A stretch of 41,352 nt of DNA. It comes from a virus (lineage: Duplodnaviria > Caudoviricetes). The stretch lies in the IMG/VR virus record IMGVR_UViG_3300037423_000767, positions 1-41,352 of that record; one strand, given 5' to 3'. Below the pieces are notes generated by a model. The model searched no databases and was not told the DNA's origin. It saw only the letters and a program-made list of their open reading frames with translations. Below, one piece after another: positions 33,596 to 41,352 of this stretch. The first letter of the stretch is position 1, and the number at the start of each line of letters is the position of its first letter. The position numbers and the translations under genes are program-made.

Positions 33596-33946
33596 TTATG
33601 CGATGCCGACTAGGCTTGCTTCATCTTCGTCAAGCGTGACGAGGCCATCGCCAGATGCGGCGGCTAAATCCATGATTGCGGTTATCCGCGTCTTGCGCCT
33701 TTTGAAGGGGAGTTCAGCCCACCATTTGGCCGTATGGAATATGTCCTCATCCATGCAGTAAGACCGCTCGCACTCTTGGCGCGAGCGAAGGCGCGGTTTG
33801 CTGAACGGCCAAAAACCTCCATATGGCACGTTCATCATATCGGTGATGTTTTTCTCGTGCACGGCGACGAGCTTCGCCGCGTCCTGCTCAATCTTTGCTG
33901 AGCACTTCTTGACAACATCCATCGCACGGAATTCTGCTGTAGCCAT
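33596..33946 (-). CDS. Hypothetical protein
   Basis: 116-aa ORF in operon. Confidence 0.65.
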   Translation of the reverse strand: MATAEFRAMDVVKKCSAKIEQDAAKLVAVHEKNITDMMNVPYGGFWPFSKPRLRSRQECERSYCMDEDIFHTAKWWAELPFKRRKTRITAIMDLAAASGDGLVTLDEDEASLVGIA

Positions 33947-33949
33947 CTC

Positions 33950-34378
33950 TCACCCCCCAACGTTCAGTTGCGGCTGTTCAGCCTGCTTATGTTCGCTGTC
34001 CGAAACGGGCGGATCGCCGTCATAAGCAACGCCGCCTTCCGTACCGACTTCGGCGCGCACGCCATTGCCGCCGTCCATTGCCGCCTGCAGCGCATTGGCT
34101 TGCTGCGTCGAGTACGGCAAGCGGTAGAGCATTGCCAGTTGGCCTTCCGGCTTAAGCAGCGCGTCGATGTACTGGTCCACAACGATATCGGCGCCAAGAA
34201 CCTGATACTTGCCAGGCGGTGGCGTCGTAAGGCGCGGCGTGCCGGTTGGCACCCACAGTGCTGCGGCGGTTGCTAGCGCAACAGCGGGCAGCACGTAAGG
34301 CGTGCGGTAGGCGAACCATGCGTAGGCGCTAAGCGCTAACATGAGTGCGAGCCAGGTGGAGGCTAGGGTTAGGGTCAT
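33950..34378 (-). CDS. Membrane protein, putative third component of the MotA/MotB-like module
   Basis: Two N-terminal TM segments, GTP..TPP, LYRLPYS. Confidence 0.7.
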   Translation of the reverse strand: MTLTLASTWLALMLALSAYAWFAYRTPYVLPAVALATAAALWVPTGTPRLTTPPPGKYQVLGADIVVDQYIDALLKPEGQLAMLYRLPYSTQQANALQAAMDGGNGVRAEVGTEGGVAYDGDPPVSDSEHKQAEQPQLNVGG

Positions 34379-34527
34379 ATGCCTTCCCCAAGAATGAGCG
34401 AGAAGAAGGTCGTTATGCCTGCGACCACGTATGCGGTTTCCATAACCGGCCCTGACGGATCTAGTCCCCATATGTACATGAGCGACAGGATCGCCGCCCA
34501 AGCAGGCGCTACTAATATTGCTAGCAT
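34375..34527 (-). CDS. Small two-TM protein (50 aa)
   Basis: GAGGAGG RBS; hydrophobic. Confidence 0.6.
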   Translation of the reverse strand: MLAILVAPAWAAILSLMYIWGLDPSGPVMETAYVVAGITTFFSLILGEGI

Positions 34528-34634
34528 CCCAAGTCCTCCTCTGGCCCCATCCACCACAAGCCGAATGCGCTCATACCTACCGTGCCGGCAACTATCGCAG
34601 CGAAGGCGATGCCGAGCCATGCGTATTGGGTCAT
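34521..34634 (-). CDS. Small TM protein (37 aa)
   Basis: MTQYAWLGIAFAAIVAGTVGMSAFGLWW; ATGA coupling. Confidence 0.55.
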   Translation of the reverse strand: MTQYAWLGIAFAAIVAGTVGMSAFGLWWMGPEEDLGC

Positions 34635-34822
34635 GGCCCATACTCCTTCTTGACGCATTCGTAGTGGATGCTGGCTACACCAGGGATTTTGGAAAGAATG
34701 TCCCGCGCCAATTCGGCGCCCTGTAGTTGGCAGCGATACTCACTAGCCACCTCGTAGCGCATCACATCAAAGGAGTATCCTGGCGCGGCCTGCGTCAGCG
34801 TCATGATGAGCAGAAACTTCAT
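34631..34822 (-). CDS. Small possibly exported protein
   Basis: MKFLLIMTL N-terminus, two Cys. Confidence 0.6.
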   Translation of the reverse strand: MKFLLIMTLTQAAPGYSFDVMRYEVASEYRCQLQGAELARDILSKIPGVASIHYECVKKEYGP

Positions 34823-34831
34823 GCCTTCCTC

Positions 34832-35404
34832 CTACTTGTTCGCCGAACGCAGCGGCGCATAAACCTCATTGCTACCCGTCACCTGGCCGTCCGCGTCGAG
34901 CGTGAACCGCGCAACGGTGCGCTCCTGCTTGGGCTTAAGATCCATGTTGCGCGACACCAGCAACCTGCCGTTAAGCGTGACGTCGACATGCACCTTCACG
35001 CTATCGGCTGGCACGGAGAATCCGTGCACGTTCACGATGTACTCGCCTGGCGGTAGCGCGCGGCAGAGCGTCGTTTCTGAGTTGACAGGACTGCCGTCGC
35101 TGGTTGTGCCGAGGTCGTCCCGCACCAGCGCGCAGTACTTTCTCGACTTCAGCCCTTCCGGGTATCCTGTCGGCTTGTCGTCATCCGGCGACTTAACCCA
35201 CAGGTCTACATCGATGCTACCTTCCGGCCAGCCTGCAACAACAACCAAAGCGCCTGGCGGCGGTACGTCCTGCTCGGCCTTGGCTGGCGGGTTGATGCTT
35301 TGCATCGCCACGAACGCATAGGCGCACACCGCGAAGAACGAAAGCAGCAAGACGTCCGCGTATGTCCAGAGCCAATCGTCGCTATCTCTCGTGCGCGCCG
35401 ACAT
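34832..35404 (-). CDS. MotB/ExbD-like TM segment fused to a YfaP-like periplasmic domain
   Basis: WLWTYADVLLLSF resembles the MotB WxxTYAD motif with the channel Asp; DVDLWV...RDDLG...PGEYIVNVH. Confidence 0.72.
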   Translation of the reverse strand: MSARTRDSDDWLWTYADVLLLSFFAVCAYAFVAMQSINPPAKAEQDVPPPGALVVVAGWPEGSIDVDLWVKSPDDDKPTGYPEGLKSRKYCALVRDDLGTTSDGSPVNSETTLCRALPPGEYIVNVHGFSVPADSVKVHVDVTLNGRLLVSRNMDLKPKQERTVARFTLDADGQVTGSNEVYAPLRSANK

Positions 35405-35880
35405 CAGAGTTGGCTCGCGCGGATAGCCTCGGCGGTACGCACCAAGCGAACGTTCACCATCGACCAGAGCGCAAGAGACAAGCCGACAACAGATGATCCG
35501 TAGGCAATGCTGGCTCCTGATAGCATTGAGCCACCAGCCACTCGCGCACCTTCTGGCGTGGCCATGGCCTCTGCGGTGACCGCACCAAACGCCGATTTGA
35601 TGCCGTAACCCGTGCCGATAACGGCCAGGATGAAGAGCGCCTTGACGACAAGGTCCAAGTGCTCGGAGCGGATCAGAACGACGTCGATGCTCTCTCGCGT
35701 TGCGCCGGTTAGACGGCGCGCTGCAAGGAATGATGCGGCTACGCCATAAGCAAACACGGAAACAAGCGCCAGGACGACAGCATGCGCGAAGAAGTCATGC
35801 AGCGAGCCATTCCACCAAGCCCACACGGCAAGGCAGGCGCCAGCGAAGTTGACGATGAATAGGCGTTTGGTGAGGGTCAT
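35404..35880 (-). CDS. MotA/TolQ/ExbB proton-channel family protein
   Basis: LAVIGTGYGI and GASIAYGSSVVGL TM hairpin; ATG 35880 coupled to the upstream ORF. Confidence 0.72.
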   Translation of the reverse strand: MTLTKRLFIVNFAGACLAVWAWWNGSLHDFFAHAVVLALVSVFAYGVAASFLAARRLTGATRESIDVVLIRSEHLDLVVKALFILAVIGTGYGIKSAFGAVTAEAMATPEGARVAGGSMLSGASIAYGSSVVGLSLALWSMVNVRLVRTAEAIRASQL

Positions 35881-36029
35881 ATCAATGCACCTATGAGCGC
35901 GAGAAGAGCCAAGGCATACAAGGTCGCCATAGATGACCATTGTCCGCGAAGCGCGAAGCCGATACCGAGGGACGCATAGAGAGCCGAAGTGATGAACAGC
36001 GCAGATGTGCTTATGTCTGCGAGGGTCAT
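35877..36029 (-). CDS. Small two-TM protein (50 aa)
   Basis: Manual translation MTLADISTSALFITSALYASLGIGFAL; ATGA coupling at both ends. Confidence 0.6.
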   Translation of the reverse strand: MTLADISTSALFITSALYASLGIGFALRGQWSSMATLYALALLALIGALI

Positions 36030-36727
36030 GCGGCCCTCCCAAGCAGTCCGCACACAACACTGCTAGGCACCGTAAAGCCCATGCCTCCGCTTGCGGCCTT
36101 GCCTTGCTCGCCGTGCACGTCAGCCACGCCAACGTTGATGCCGATGACCTCGCCATTGGCGTCATAGCTTGGGCCGCCGCTCATCCCGCTCGTGATGGTC
36201 ACGTCGATGACATAGGCCGATTTCCAGTTGGGCAGGTACGGCTGTGCCTTGCCCGAAACCATGCCCTTGAAGCGCAGGAACTCCATTCCGACAGGATTGC
36301 CCTCAGCAACGATTGGCTCATCGGCGGCGACATCGCGACAAGCCAGGTTGGCCGCTGTAAACCGGCGCGCATTGGTCGCTCGCACGGCCGCGATGTCATA
36401 GTCCTTGTTGATCCAAAGGACTTCGCCGTCCTGCTTGTCGCCGAGGTCGGAAACCAGCTTGACGGTCGGCGCGCCGTACAGATTGCTTCCGTCTGGAGCC
36501 TGCCCGGTTACAGACCGGGCAGCGCTCTCAACGACATGCGCCGCCGTGATAATGACGCCGTTGCCGATGTAGACACCAGAGCCAAGACCGGTAGCGAGTT
36601 CAATGCGAACGGCGGAGCCGGCAGGCTTGGCATTGGATTGAATGCCGCTAGTGACGGCGCCATCGACGGCGCACGCGCTTAGGGCGCTACCGGCGAGCAA
36701 AAGGGTTGCGGCAAGCGTGCGGCGCAT
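36026..36727 (-). CDS. Trypsin-like serine protease, lipoprotein
   Basis: Lipobox LSAC; GSG, TAAHVV, YDIA, GMSGGP catalytic triad. Confidence 0.88.
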   Translation of the reverse strand: MRRTLAATLLLAGSALSACAVDGAVTSGIQSNAKPAGSAVRIELATGLGSGVYIGNGVIITAAHVVESAARSVTGQAPDGSNLYGAPTVKLVSDLGDKQDGEVLWINKDYDIAAVRATNARRFTAANLACRDVAADEPIVAEGNPVGMEFLRFKGMVSGKAQPYLPNWKSAYVIDVTITSGMSGGPSYDANGEVIGINVGVADVHGEQGKAASGGMGFTVPSSVVCGLLGRAA

Positions 36728-36787
36728 TGATGGTCCTCCGGTTGTGGTGGTGTTGTTGCGAATGCCGGTATGCGATTCTCAATATGC

Positions 36788-36838
36788 ACTTTAGGCGTTT
36801 TCGCCTTTTATGTCAAGCAATATATGCTAAACCGCCTA
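36788..36838 (-). promoter_or_regulatory. Promoter with two repressor operators
   Basis: TTGACA-17-TAAAGT; operators 36792-36807 and 36823-36838. Confidence 0.8.
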
Positions 36839-36856
36839 TTCGTTGCCGCTAAACGC

Positions 36857-36891
36857 AAAAAAGCCCCGCTGCCGGTTAGGGCAACGGGGCT
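36857..36891 (-). terminator. Rho-independent terminator ending the late/lysis transcript
   Basis: AGCCCCGTTGCC...GGCAGCGGGGCTTTTTT on the minus strand. Confidence 0.8.
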
Positions 36892-36907
36892 GAAAACCAT
36901 GCTTTTT

Positions 36908-37192
36908 CTAAGCGGCGCGCTTGGTGGCTGGCATCCGGTCAACGAGCCGGTCGATGCGGTCGCCAAGACCTTCAATTGATGCAATCATGCGCGCCTCACT
37001 GGCGAGAAGTCGCTCCTCGAGCTTCTGCAAATTCTCAGCGCGGATGTATTTCTCTGAAACGTAAAGCTTGTATTCGTCCAGCGCCTTGACGCCGGCCGTG
37101 ATCTGTTTCTGTAAGAACCACCACATGCCGCCGACAGAGCCGGCGAGCGTAGCCAGGCCGATTACCTGGTCCCATGTAATCGCGCCGTTCAC
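36908..37192 (-). CDS. Single-TM coiled-coil protein of the lysis cassette
   Basis: N-terminal TM, IEGLGDRIDRL; ends RAA. Confidence 0.7.
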   Translation of the reverse strand: MNGAITWDQVIGLATLAGSVGGMWWFLQKQITAGVKALDEYKLYVSEKYIRAENLQKLEERLLASEARMIASIEGLGDRIDRLVDRMPATKRAA

Positions 37193-37491
37193 TTCGCCAC
37201 TCCCGCGCCGCGCAGGGCAGCATCACGCTCGGCATAGAATTCTTTCAGGCCGCGCAAGCGCCGGCCGCAGTCAATCAGCGCCTTGCGATCGGAAATCCAC
37301 AGCCTCTCGACGTCGCCCTGCTTCAGTTCGCCTTTCGGCAAGCGCACAGGCCCTAGACACGCCCGCACAAGCGCGCGGTCAGGCTCGCTCAGCGTAGGCG
37401 GCGGCAAGACCTTAATGGACTGAGTCGATGCGCATCCCGCTGCCGTCAGACAGGCAAACGCGATCGCGGTCAGGGTCAGCGTTCGCTGCAT
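37189..37491 (-). CDS. Outer-membrane spanin (Rz1-like lipoprotein)
   Basis: Lipobox AAGC, Pro-rich, two further Cys; overlaps the i-spanin gene. Confidence 0.78.
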   Translation of the reverse strand: MQRTLTLTAIAFACLTAAGCASTQSIKVLPPPTLSEPDRALVRACLGPVRLPKGELKQGDVERLWISDRKALIDCGRRLRGLKEFYAERDAALRGAGVAK

Positions 37492-37783
37492 CTGAGAGTT
37501 CCTTGATTTTCTGTTCCATAGCGGCGTTAGCCGCATCCATTTCTGCGAGCCGCCGCGCTTCCGCAGCCTTTGCTAGCGCGTTGGCCTGCGCCTGGCGGCT
37601 AGCCTCTGCCGCCGTAGCCTTGGCAATGTCGGCCTCGCGCTTGTCGTACTTGGCCGACCATGTGCTGGCCGCGTGGCTGTAGCCCGCGTGATAGGTGTAC
37701 CCGAATGCTCCAACGATAAGCGCGGCAAGCAAGCCGTACTTGATGAGCGACGCGTAGCCGCCCGTAAGCGTATCTAGGTTCAT
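37412..37783 (-). CDS. Inner-membrane spanin (Rz-like)
   Basis: N-terminal TM, Ala-rich coiled coil, C-terminal Cys. Confidence 0.78.
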   Translation of the reverse strand: MNLDTLTGGYASLIKYGLLAALIVGAFGYTYHAGYSHAASTWSAKYDKREADIAKATAAEASRQAQANALAKAAEARRLAEMDAANAAMEQKIKELSDAANADPDRDRVCLSDGSGMRIDSVH

Positions 37784-37884
37784 GATTTCGGCATTCCATT
37801 CACATAGCCGGACAGCGCCTTGGCAGTGATGGCGGCGCCGAGCGCGCCGCCAGCCAAGAGGCAGGCGTAGCCAAGCCACATCAT
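37780..37884 (-). CDS. Small TM protein (34 aa)
   Basis: MMWLGYACLLAGGALGAAITAK; coupled at both ends. Confidence 0.5.
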   Translation of the reverse strand: MMWLGYACLLAGGALGAAITAKALSGYVNGMPKS

Positions 37885-38453
37885 TGCAGGCCCGAAACGC
37901 ACAGTTCCGCCTCCCCGATGCGCTGCGCGTCGCCCATCTCGCGGCGCTTCACGAGGCCGGCCACCATCTTGCCGCCAGCTTTGTTGAACGCGGTCGCCGC
38001 GATGCAGCTGTCGTGATACTTGCCCTGCCGACCGAACTCCGCGGCCCGCGATTTGCAGGCTGCGTGCGTGCCGACGTTGTAGGAAAGCGAAATCATCATC
38101 GCGCGCCACGACAGCGGCTTGGCGTCGTAGTTCGCGATGCACCGCTCAAGGCCGGGCTTGAAGTCTTTGGTGAGGCGCTTCTGCAGGCGAGCGTCGCAGC
38201 CTGCCGGTGTCTCGACCATGCCCATGTGGACATTTTCGGTGTCGCCATCGCATATCGTGACGACGCCAACGATGTCGCGGTAGGCGCGAAGCTCGCGACC
38301 TTCCCACGGACGCACCAGCGCGGTGGATGCCAGGAGCACGTCATCGGCAATGGCGCCGCCAGGCAACATGGCATAACCGCCAACGCAAGCCGCCACAACC
38401 GCGGCAATAGCCGCCTTCGCCCGCCTACTCGGCAGGATCCCATTTATCGGCAT
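37881..38453 (-). CDS. Endolysin, GH24 lysozyme, probable SAR type
   Basis: WEG...YRDIVGVVTICDG, YNVG, GLVKRR; Ala/Gly-rich N-terminal TM. Confidence 0.9.
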   Translation of the reverse strand: MPINGILPSRRAKAAIAAVVAACVGGYAMLPGGAIADDVLLASTALVRPWEGRELRAYRDIVGVVTICDGDTENVHMGMVETPAGCDARLQKRLTKDFKPGLERCIANYDAKPLSWRAMMISLSYNVGTHAACKSRAAEFGRQGKYHDSCIAATAFNKAGGKMVAGLVKRREMGDAQRIGEAELCVSGLQ

Positions 38454-38464
38454 TGCTGCCTCCG

Positions 38465-38689
38465 CTATTGTCTAATTTTAGGCTGAGGTATGAAGCGGCC
38501 AACGAGTCCGGCTAAGCCGAACACGATGCCGAGGACGGCGAACCAGCCGCGCGAAATGGGCAGCAGCCCATCGAACAGCGTCCAGAAATTGGCTATGACG
38601 TCGAACGCCCCGAAGAAGATCGACACCGCCACGAAATGGACGCTGTAGGCATGGCAAAGCACGCGCCTTGCGTCGGGGATTAGGCGCAT
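38465..38689 (-). CDS. Putative holin
   Basis: Two TM segments, RFIPQ end; directly upstream of the endolysin. Confidence 0.7.
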   Translation of the reverse strand: MRLIPDARRVLCHAYSVHFVAVSIFFGAFDVIANFWTLFDGLLPISRGWFAVLGIVFGLAGLVGRFIPQPKIRQ

Positions 38690-38740
38690 AGGGGCGATTT
38701 TCCTATTGAGTTTTGCTGCTGTCAGTGGTTTAGCGGAACA

Positions 38741-39379
38741 ATGCTAGACCAACTGCAAAACAGCGGCATTGTTGTTCTGAACGACAGGCCGGCGCCACAA
38801 CAAAGCACCATCATTGCGGTGGGCGTCCCGCGCTCTGGCACAACTATGGTTGCAAAAGCGCTTGCTAATCTTGGCGTTTTTCTTGGTGCTGAACTTGACC
38901 ATTCGATTTATGAAGACACCCGACTGGCATATGCGCTAGAAAATGCGCCCGCCGTGTTGCCTAACATTATCGAAGCCTATAACGCGTCGCATGACGTATG
39001 GGCGTTTAAGCGGCCTACCGCATACCAGACGATATATCCGGCGCTGTTTCGCAACCCACGTTTCGTCGTCACTTTCCGTGACCCCGTAGCGATCGCCAGG
39101 CGGGAGGAGCTTTCGATGATGTTCGACTTTCGCGAACAACTGATACGAGCGACCCGCTGGTCTGCAGACCTAGCTGAGTTCGCCCTGCGCCAGGACGTTC
39201 CGGTGATGCTCGTTTCCTACGAAAAGGCGATGGCTGAGCCTAAGCGATTTGTCTCCGGCCTTGCCAGATTCGCCGGCATCTCACCAACGTGGCTGCAGAG
39301 GCGCGCGGCTCGCGCATCCATCCGTCCAAGCCCGGCTGATTACGTAGCAAACTCGCAAATCAGGTTTCCCAAGCCATGA
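38741..39379 (+). CDS. Sulfotransferase family protein
   Basis: GVPRSGTT 5'-PSB loop, FRDP, SYE. Confidence 0.8.
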   Translation: MLDQLQNSGIVVLNDRPAPQQSTIIAVGVPRSGTTMVAKALANLGVFLGAELDHSIYEDTRLAYALENAPAVLPNIIEAYNASHDVWAFKRPTAYQTIYPALFRNPRFVVTFRDPVAIARREELSMMFDFREQLIRATRWSADLAEFALRQDVPVMLVSYEKAMAEPKRFVSGLARFAGISPTWLQRRAARASIRPSPADYVANSQIRFPKP

Positions 39380-40389
39380 AAGATGTCGCCGTCGTCATAC
39401 CCTATTACAACGGCTCGAAATACATTCGTCGTGCTGTCGACAGCGCACTAAAACAGACGGTCGCGCCTGCCGAATTCTTGGTCGTCAACGATGGCTCCAA
39501 TCCGGAGGAATCTGCGTTCCTGCATGTTTTGGCTGATGATCTTGGCTTCAGCGTCCTTGATAAGGAGAACGGTGGCCAAGGTTCCGCGAGGAATGCCGGC
39601 GTGGCAGCCACCAAGTCGCCTTACATTTGCCTGCTGGATCAGGACGATTTCTTCCTTCCCAACCACATTGAGATTCTGCGAAAGGCCGTCAAGAACGATG
39701 ACCGCTTCGGGTGGGCCTATGCCGATCTCATGGAGGCGGACGGAGAAGGCCGGATCATCCGCAGTTCCATGATCAAGGCCCACACCACCCACCCGAAGGC
39801 GGATATCTTCAAGATGCTCTCCGAGGACATGTTCGTCCTACCCTCGGCATCCATCATCAGCCGAACGGCATTCGAAAAGGTAGACGGTTTCGATCCTCAG
39901 TTCATGGGCTATGAGGACGACGATCTTTTCCTTCGCATGTTCCGAGCCGGCTTCACAAACATCTTCATCGACAGGCCTGTGACAGTATGGTGCATTAACC
40001 CGGAAAGCACATCCTACAGCATACGCATGAGCCGCAGCCGATGGCGCTTTCTGAAAAAGGTCTACGCCGAATTCCCGAGTGACCCGATCCGCAGCCGCTA
40101 TGTGATGCGCGACCTGCTCATCCCTCGCTTTAATCGAGCGATCGTCGGCGAGGCTTTCCAGGCGGTTGTCAGACCGGCCAGCTACCGGGGTAAGACATTG
40201 GCGCCCCATGCCGAGGAATTGCTGTCGATCCTTCAGGAATACAAAGAACTGGTCAACTCCGAGGAGTGGGTGGGATGGCGGACCAAGTTCAGGATCTCGA
40301 CGCAGGCCGCGCTAATCTCAACTAGGTCTCGACTTCTGAACGAAGCGGCCCTATTGTGCGCGACCATTTATAGGAAGGTAAAACGATGA
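39376..40389 (+). CDS. GT2 glycosyltransferase
   Basis: VVIPYYN, VNDGS, NGGQGSARNAG, LDQDD, EDDDL. Confidence 0.9.
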   Translation: MKDVAVVIPYYNGSKYIRRAVDSALKQTVAPAEFLVVNDGSNPEESAFLHVLADDLGFSVLDKENGGQGSARNAGVAATKSPYICLLDQDDFFLPNHIEILRKAVKNDDRFGWAYADLMEADGEGRIIRSSMIKAHTTHPKADIFKMLSEDMFVLPSASIISRTAFEKVDGFDPQFMGYEDDDLFLRMFRAGFTNIFIDRPVTVWCINPESTSYSIRMSRSRWRFLKKVYAEFPSDPIRSRYVMRDLLIPRFNRAIVGEAFQAVVRPASYRGKTLAPHAEELLSILQEYKELVNSEEWVGWRTKFRISTQAALISTRSRLLNEAALLCATIYRKVKR

Positions 40390-40488
40390 CGTGGATTGCC
40401 GTAGCATTTGCAGTTGGCGCCCTTGTCGGATCAATGTTCCCTGCCTTTAGGTGGAGGCCAGACGTATTGGCGAAGGTTTTCACGAAGG

Positions 40489-40524
40489 AAAAGCGCGAGT
40501 CCGATCCGTGGGACTCGCGCTTTT
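40489..40524. terminator. Bidirectional terminator
   Basis: AAAAGCGCGAGTCC-N8-GGACTCGCGCTTTT between convergent genes. Confidence 0.8.
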
Positions 40525-40531
40525 GGTAGGC

Positions 40532-41352
40532 TTACGCGCTCACACCCTTGATCACGTTGAAGTTTATCACCGGAGTGTCAGACGCCGTTCCGCCCGTCGT
40601 CCAGAACGTGATGACGAAGCTGCCAGCGGCGACCGCTGTGACGAAATAGAAGTAGGTGTTGGTCGCGCCAGACTTGATGCCGAGCGAGATCGTATCCGTG
40701 GCAGCCACTGACGAGTTCGTCACAGTGAAAGACGCCGGAGTGGCCGACCCAGCCGCTGTGAACATCGTAATCGCGCCGCTCGGCTTATTGAGCGTCACAC
40801 CAGTCGTGCGACTCGTCGCCTGCGTTACTGCGCCGCCCGCGCCGGTAGCATAGCCGATGCCGCCAGTCCCGGAAGACAGAACCGCGCCGCTAAACGTCAG
40901 CGTACCAGAGCTATGCGTGACGGTGTAGTTGCCATTCGCCCAATTGATGACGCCGCCAGATGCCAAGAACAAGTCCGACCACTGAAGCGCAGTCGTGCCG
41001 AGTGCTGCACCATCATTCGTTTGCGGCACCGCGACCTTGCCGGTCGGAACGGTGATGCCGGTCGAATTCACGACCGCTATGCCCTGCCAGTAATAGCCAA
41101 CGTCAACGTTAAGCGTCCCGACGCCCTGATCTGCTGCAGTCGACCCAATACTCAGGCCGCCCCAAAGGATTGCCCTGTTGGCGAGCGTCCCGCCGAACAT
41201 GGTATCGAACAGGATGCGGCAATTTTCATTGCCTGCCGCGACGGTCGGCGCGTCCATGCGAATGCGCCAGTTCTGTATCTTGGAACCGGACCCGTTCTGG
41301 AATGCACCTACAAACCCCACCAATCCATCGTTGTTGGCCGGGCTTGCCGAGT
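40532..41352 (-). CDS. Tail fibre/receptor-binding protein, C-terminal part (5' end outside window)
   Basis: Gly/Thr/Ser-rich beta repeats, ALGTTALQWSDLFL; frame open to the window edge; upstream of lysis genes. Confidence 0.75.
   Translation of the reverse strand, partial: SASPANNDGLVGFVGAFQNGSGSKIQNWRIRMDAPTVAAGNENCRILFDTMFGGTLANRAILWGGLSIGSTAADQGVGTLNVDVGYYWQGIAVVNSTGITVPTGKVAVPQTNDGAALGTTALQWSDLFLASGGVINWANGNYTVTHSSGTLTFSGAVLSSGTGGIGYATGAGGAVTQATSRTTGVTLNKPSGAITMFTAAGSATPASFTVTNSSVAATDTISLGIKSGATNTYFYFVTAVAAGSFVITFWTTGGTASDTPVINFNVIKGVSA

Larger units (their letters stand above)
1..41352. mobile_element. Temperate phage genome segment (alphaproteobacterial host), excised/virion arrangement
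   Basis: Integrase, xis, CI-like repressor, replication, lysis and tail-fibre genes; att core is internal with phage genes on both sides; no host housekeeping region seen. Confidence 0.93.

Noticed and set aside
34832-35880. Zorya defence system or flagellar stator
   Set aside because: No long ZorA tail, no OmpA-like domain, and no zorC/D/E or flagellar genes
35881-36165. N-terminal extension of the MotA-like ORF in the ORF track (similar over-extensions at 8859, 32457, 24980, 34501)
   Set aside because: These overlap other genes; coupled internal starts with RBSs are more plausible
40386-40529. 47-aa ORF after the GT2 gene
   Set aside because: ATGA-coupled but runs through the terminator hairpin; too uncertain to call

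Overview
This 41-kb window is part of a temperate alphaproteobacterial (rhizobial-type) phage genome, apparently in the excised or virion arrangement: an attP containing the 3' 48 bp of a tRNA-Thr(GGU) sits mid-window with phage genes on both sides. From left to right it holds: the start of the late operon (structured leader, tRNA-Thr(UGU)); a putative late regulator; an HTH-regulated mini-operon; a leftward replication, recombination and DNA-modification arm (VRR-NUC, DnaQ, iteron origin, PrimPol-helicase, overlapping-frame C5 methyltransferase, split amino-methyltransferase, PLP enzyme, MT-A70, SF2 helicase, ECF sigma, Cas4-like nuclease, HslV-like peptidase, beta clamp, SSB, Sak4, HNH); a CI-type immunity region; xis/int/attP; an accessory region; a repressor-controlled operon (serine protease, MotA/MotB-like trio, phosphoesterase, HD hydrolase, dNMP kinase); the lysis cassette; a sulfotransferase + GT2 moron; and the 3' end of a tail-fibre gene. 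Main hunt results: (1) the tetrapeptide ANDN that starts alphaproteobacterial tmRNA (SsrA) tags is hard-coded 11 times with varied codons, often as a near-complete C-terminal tag, alongside many -AA termini, suggesting a genome-wide SspB/ClpXP degron programme; (2) a lytic-phase MotAB/ExbBD-like membrane module; (3) a split DNA methyltransferase bracketing a PLP enzyme; (4) two acr-aca-like cassettes; (5) two structured non-coding regions. All family calls come from reading motifs by eye, with no database searches.
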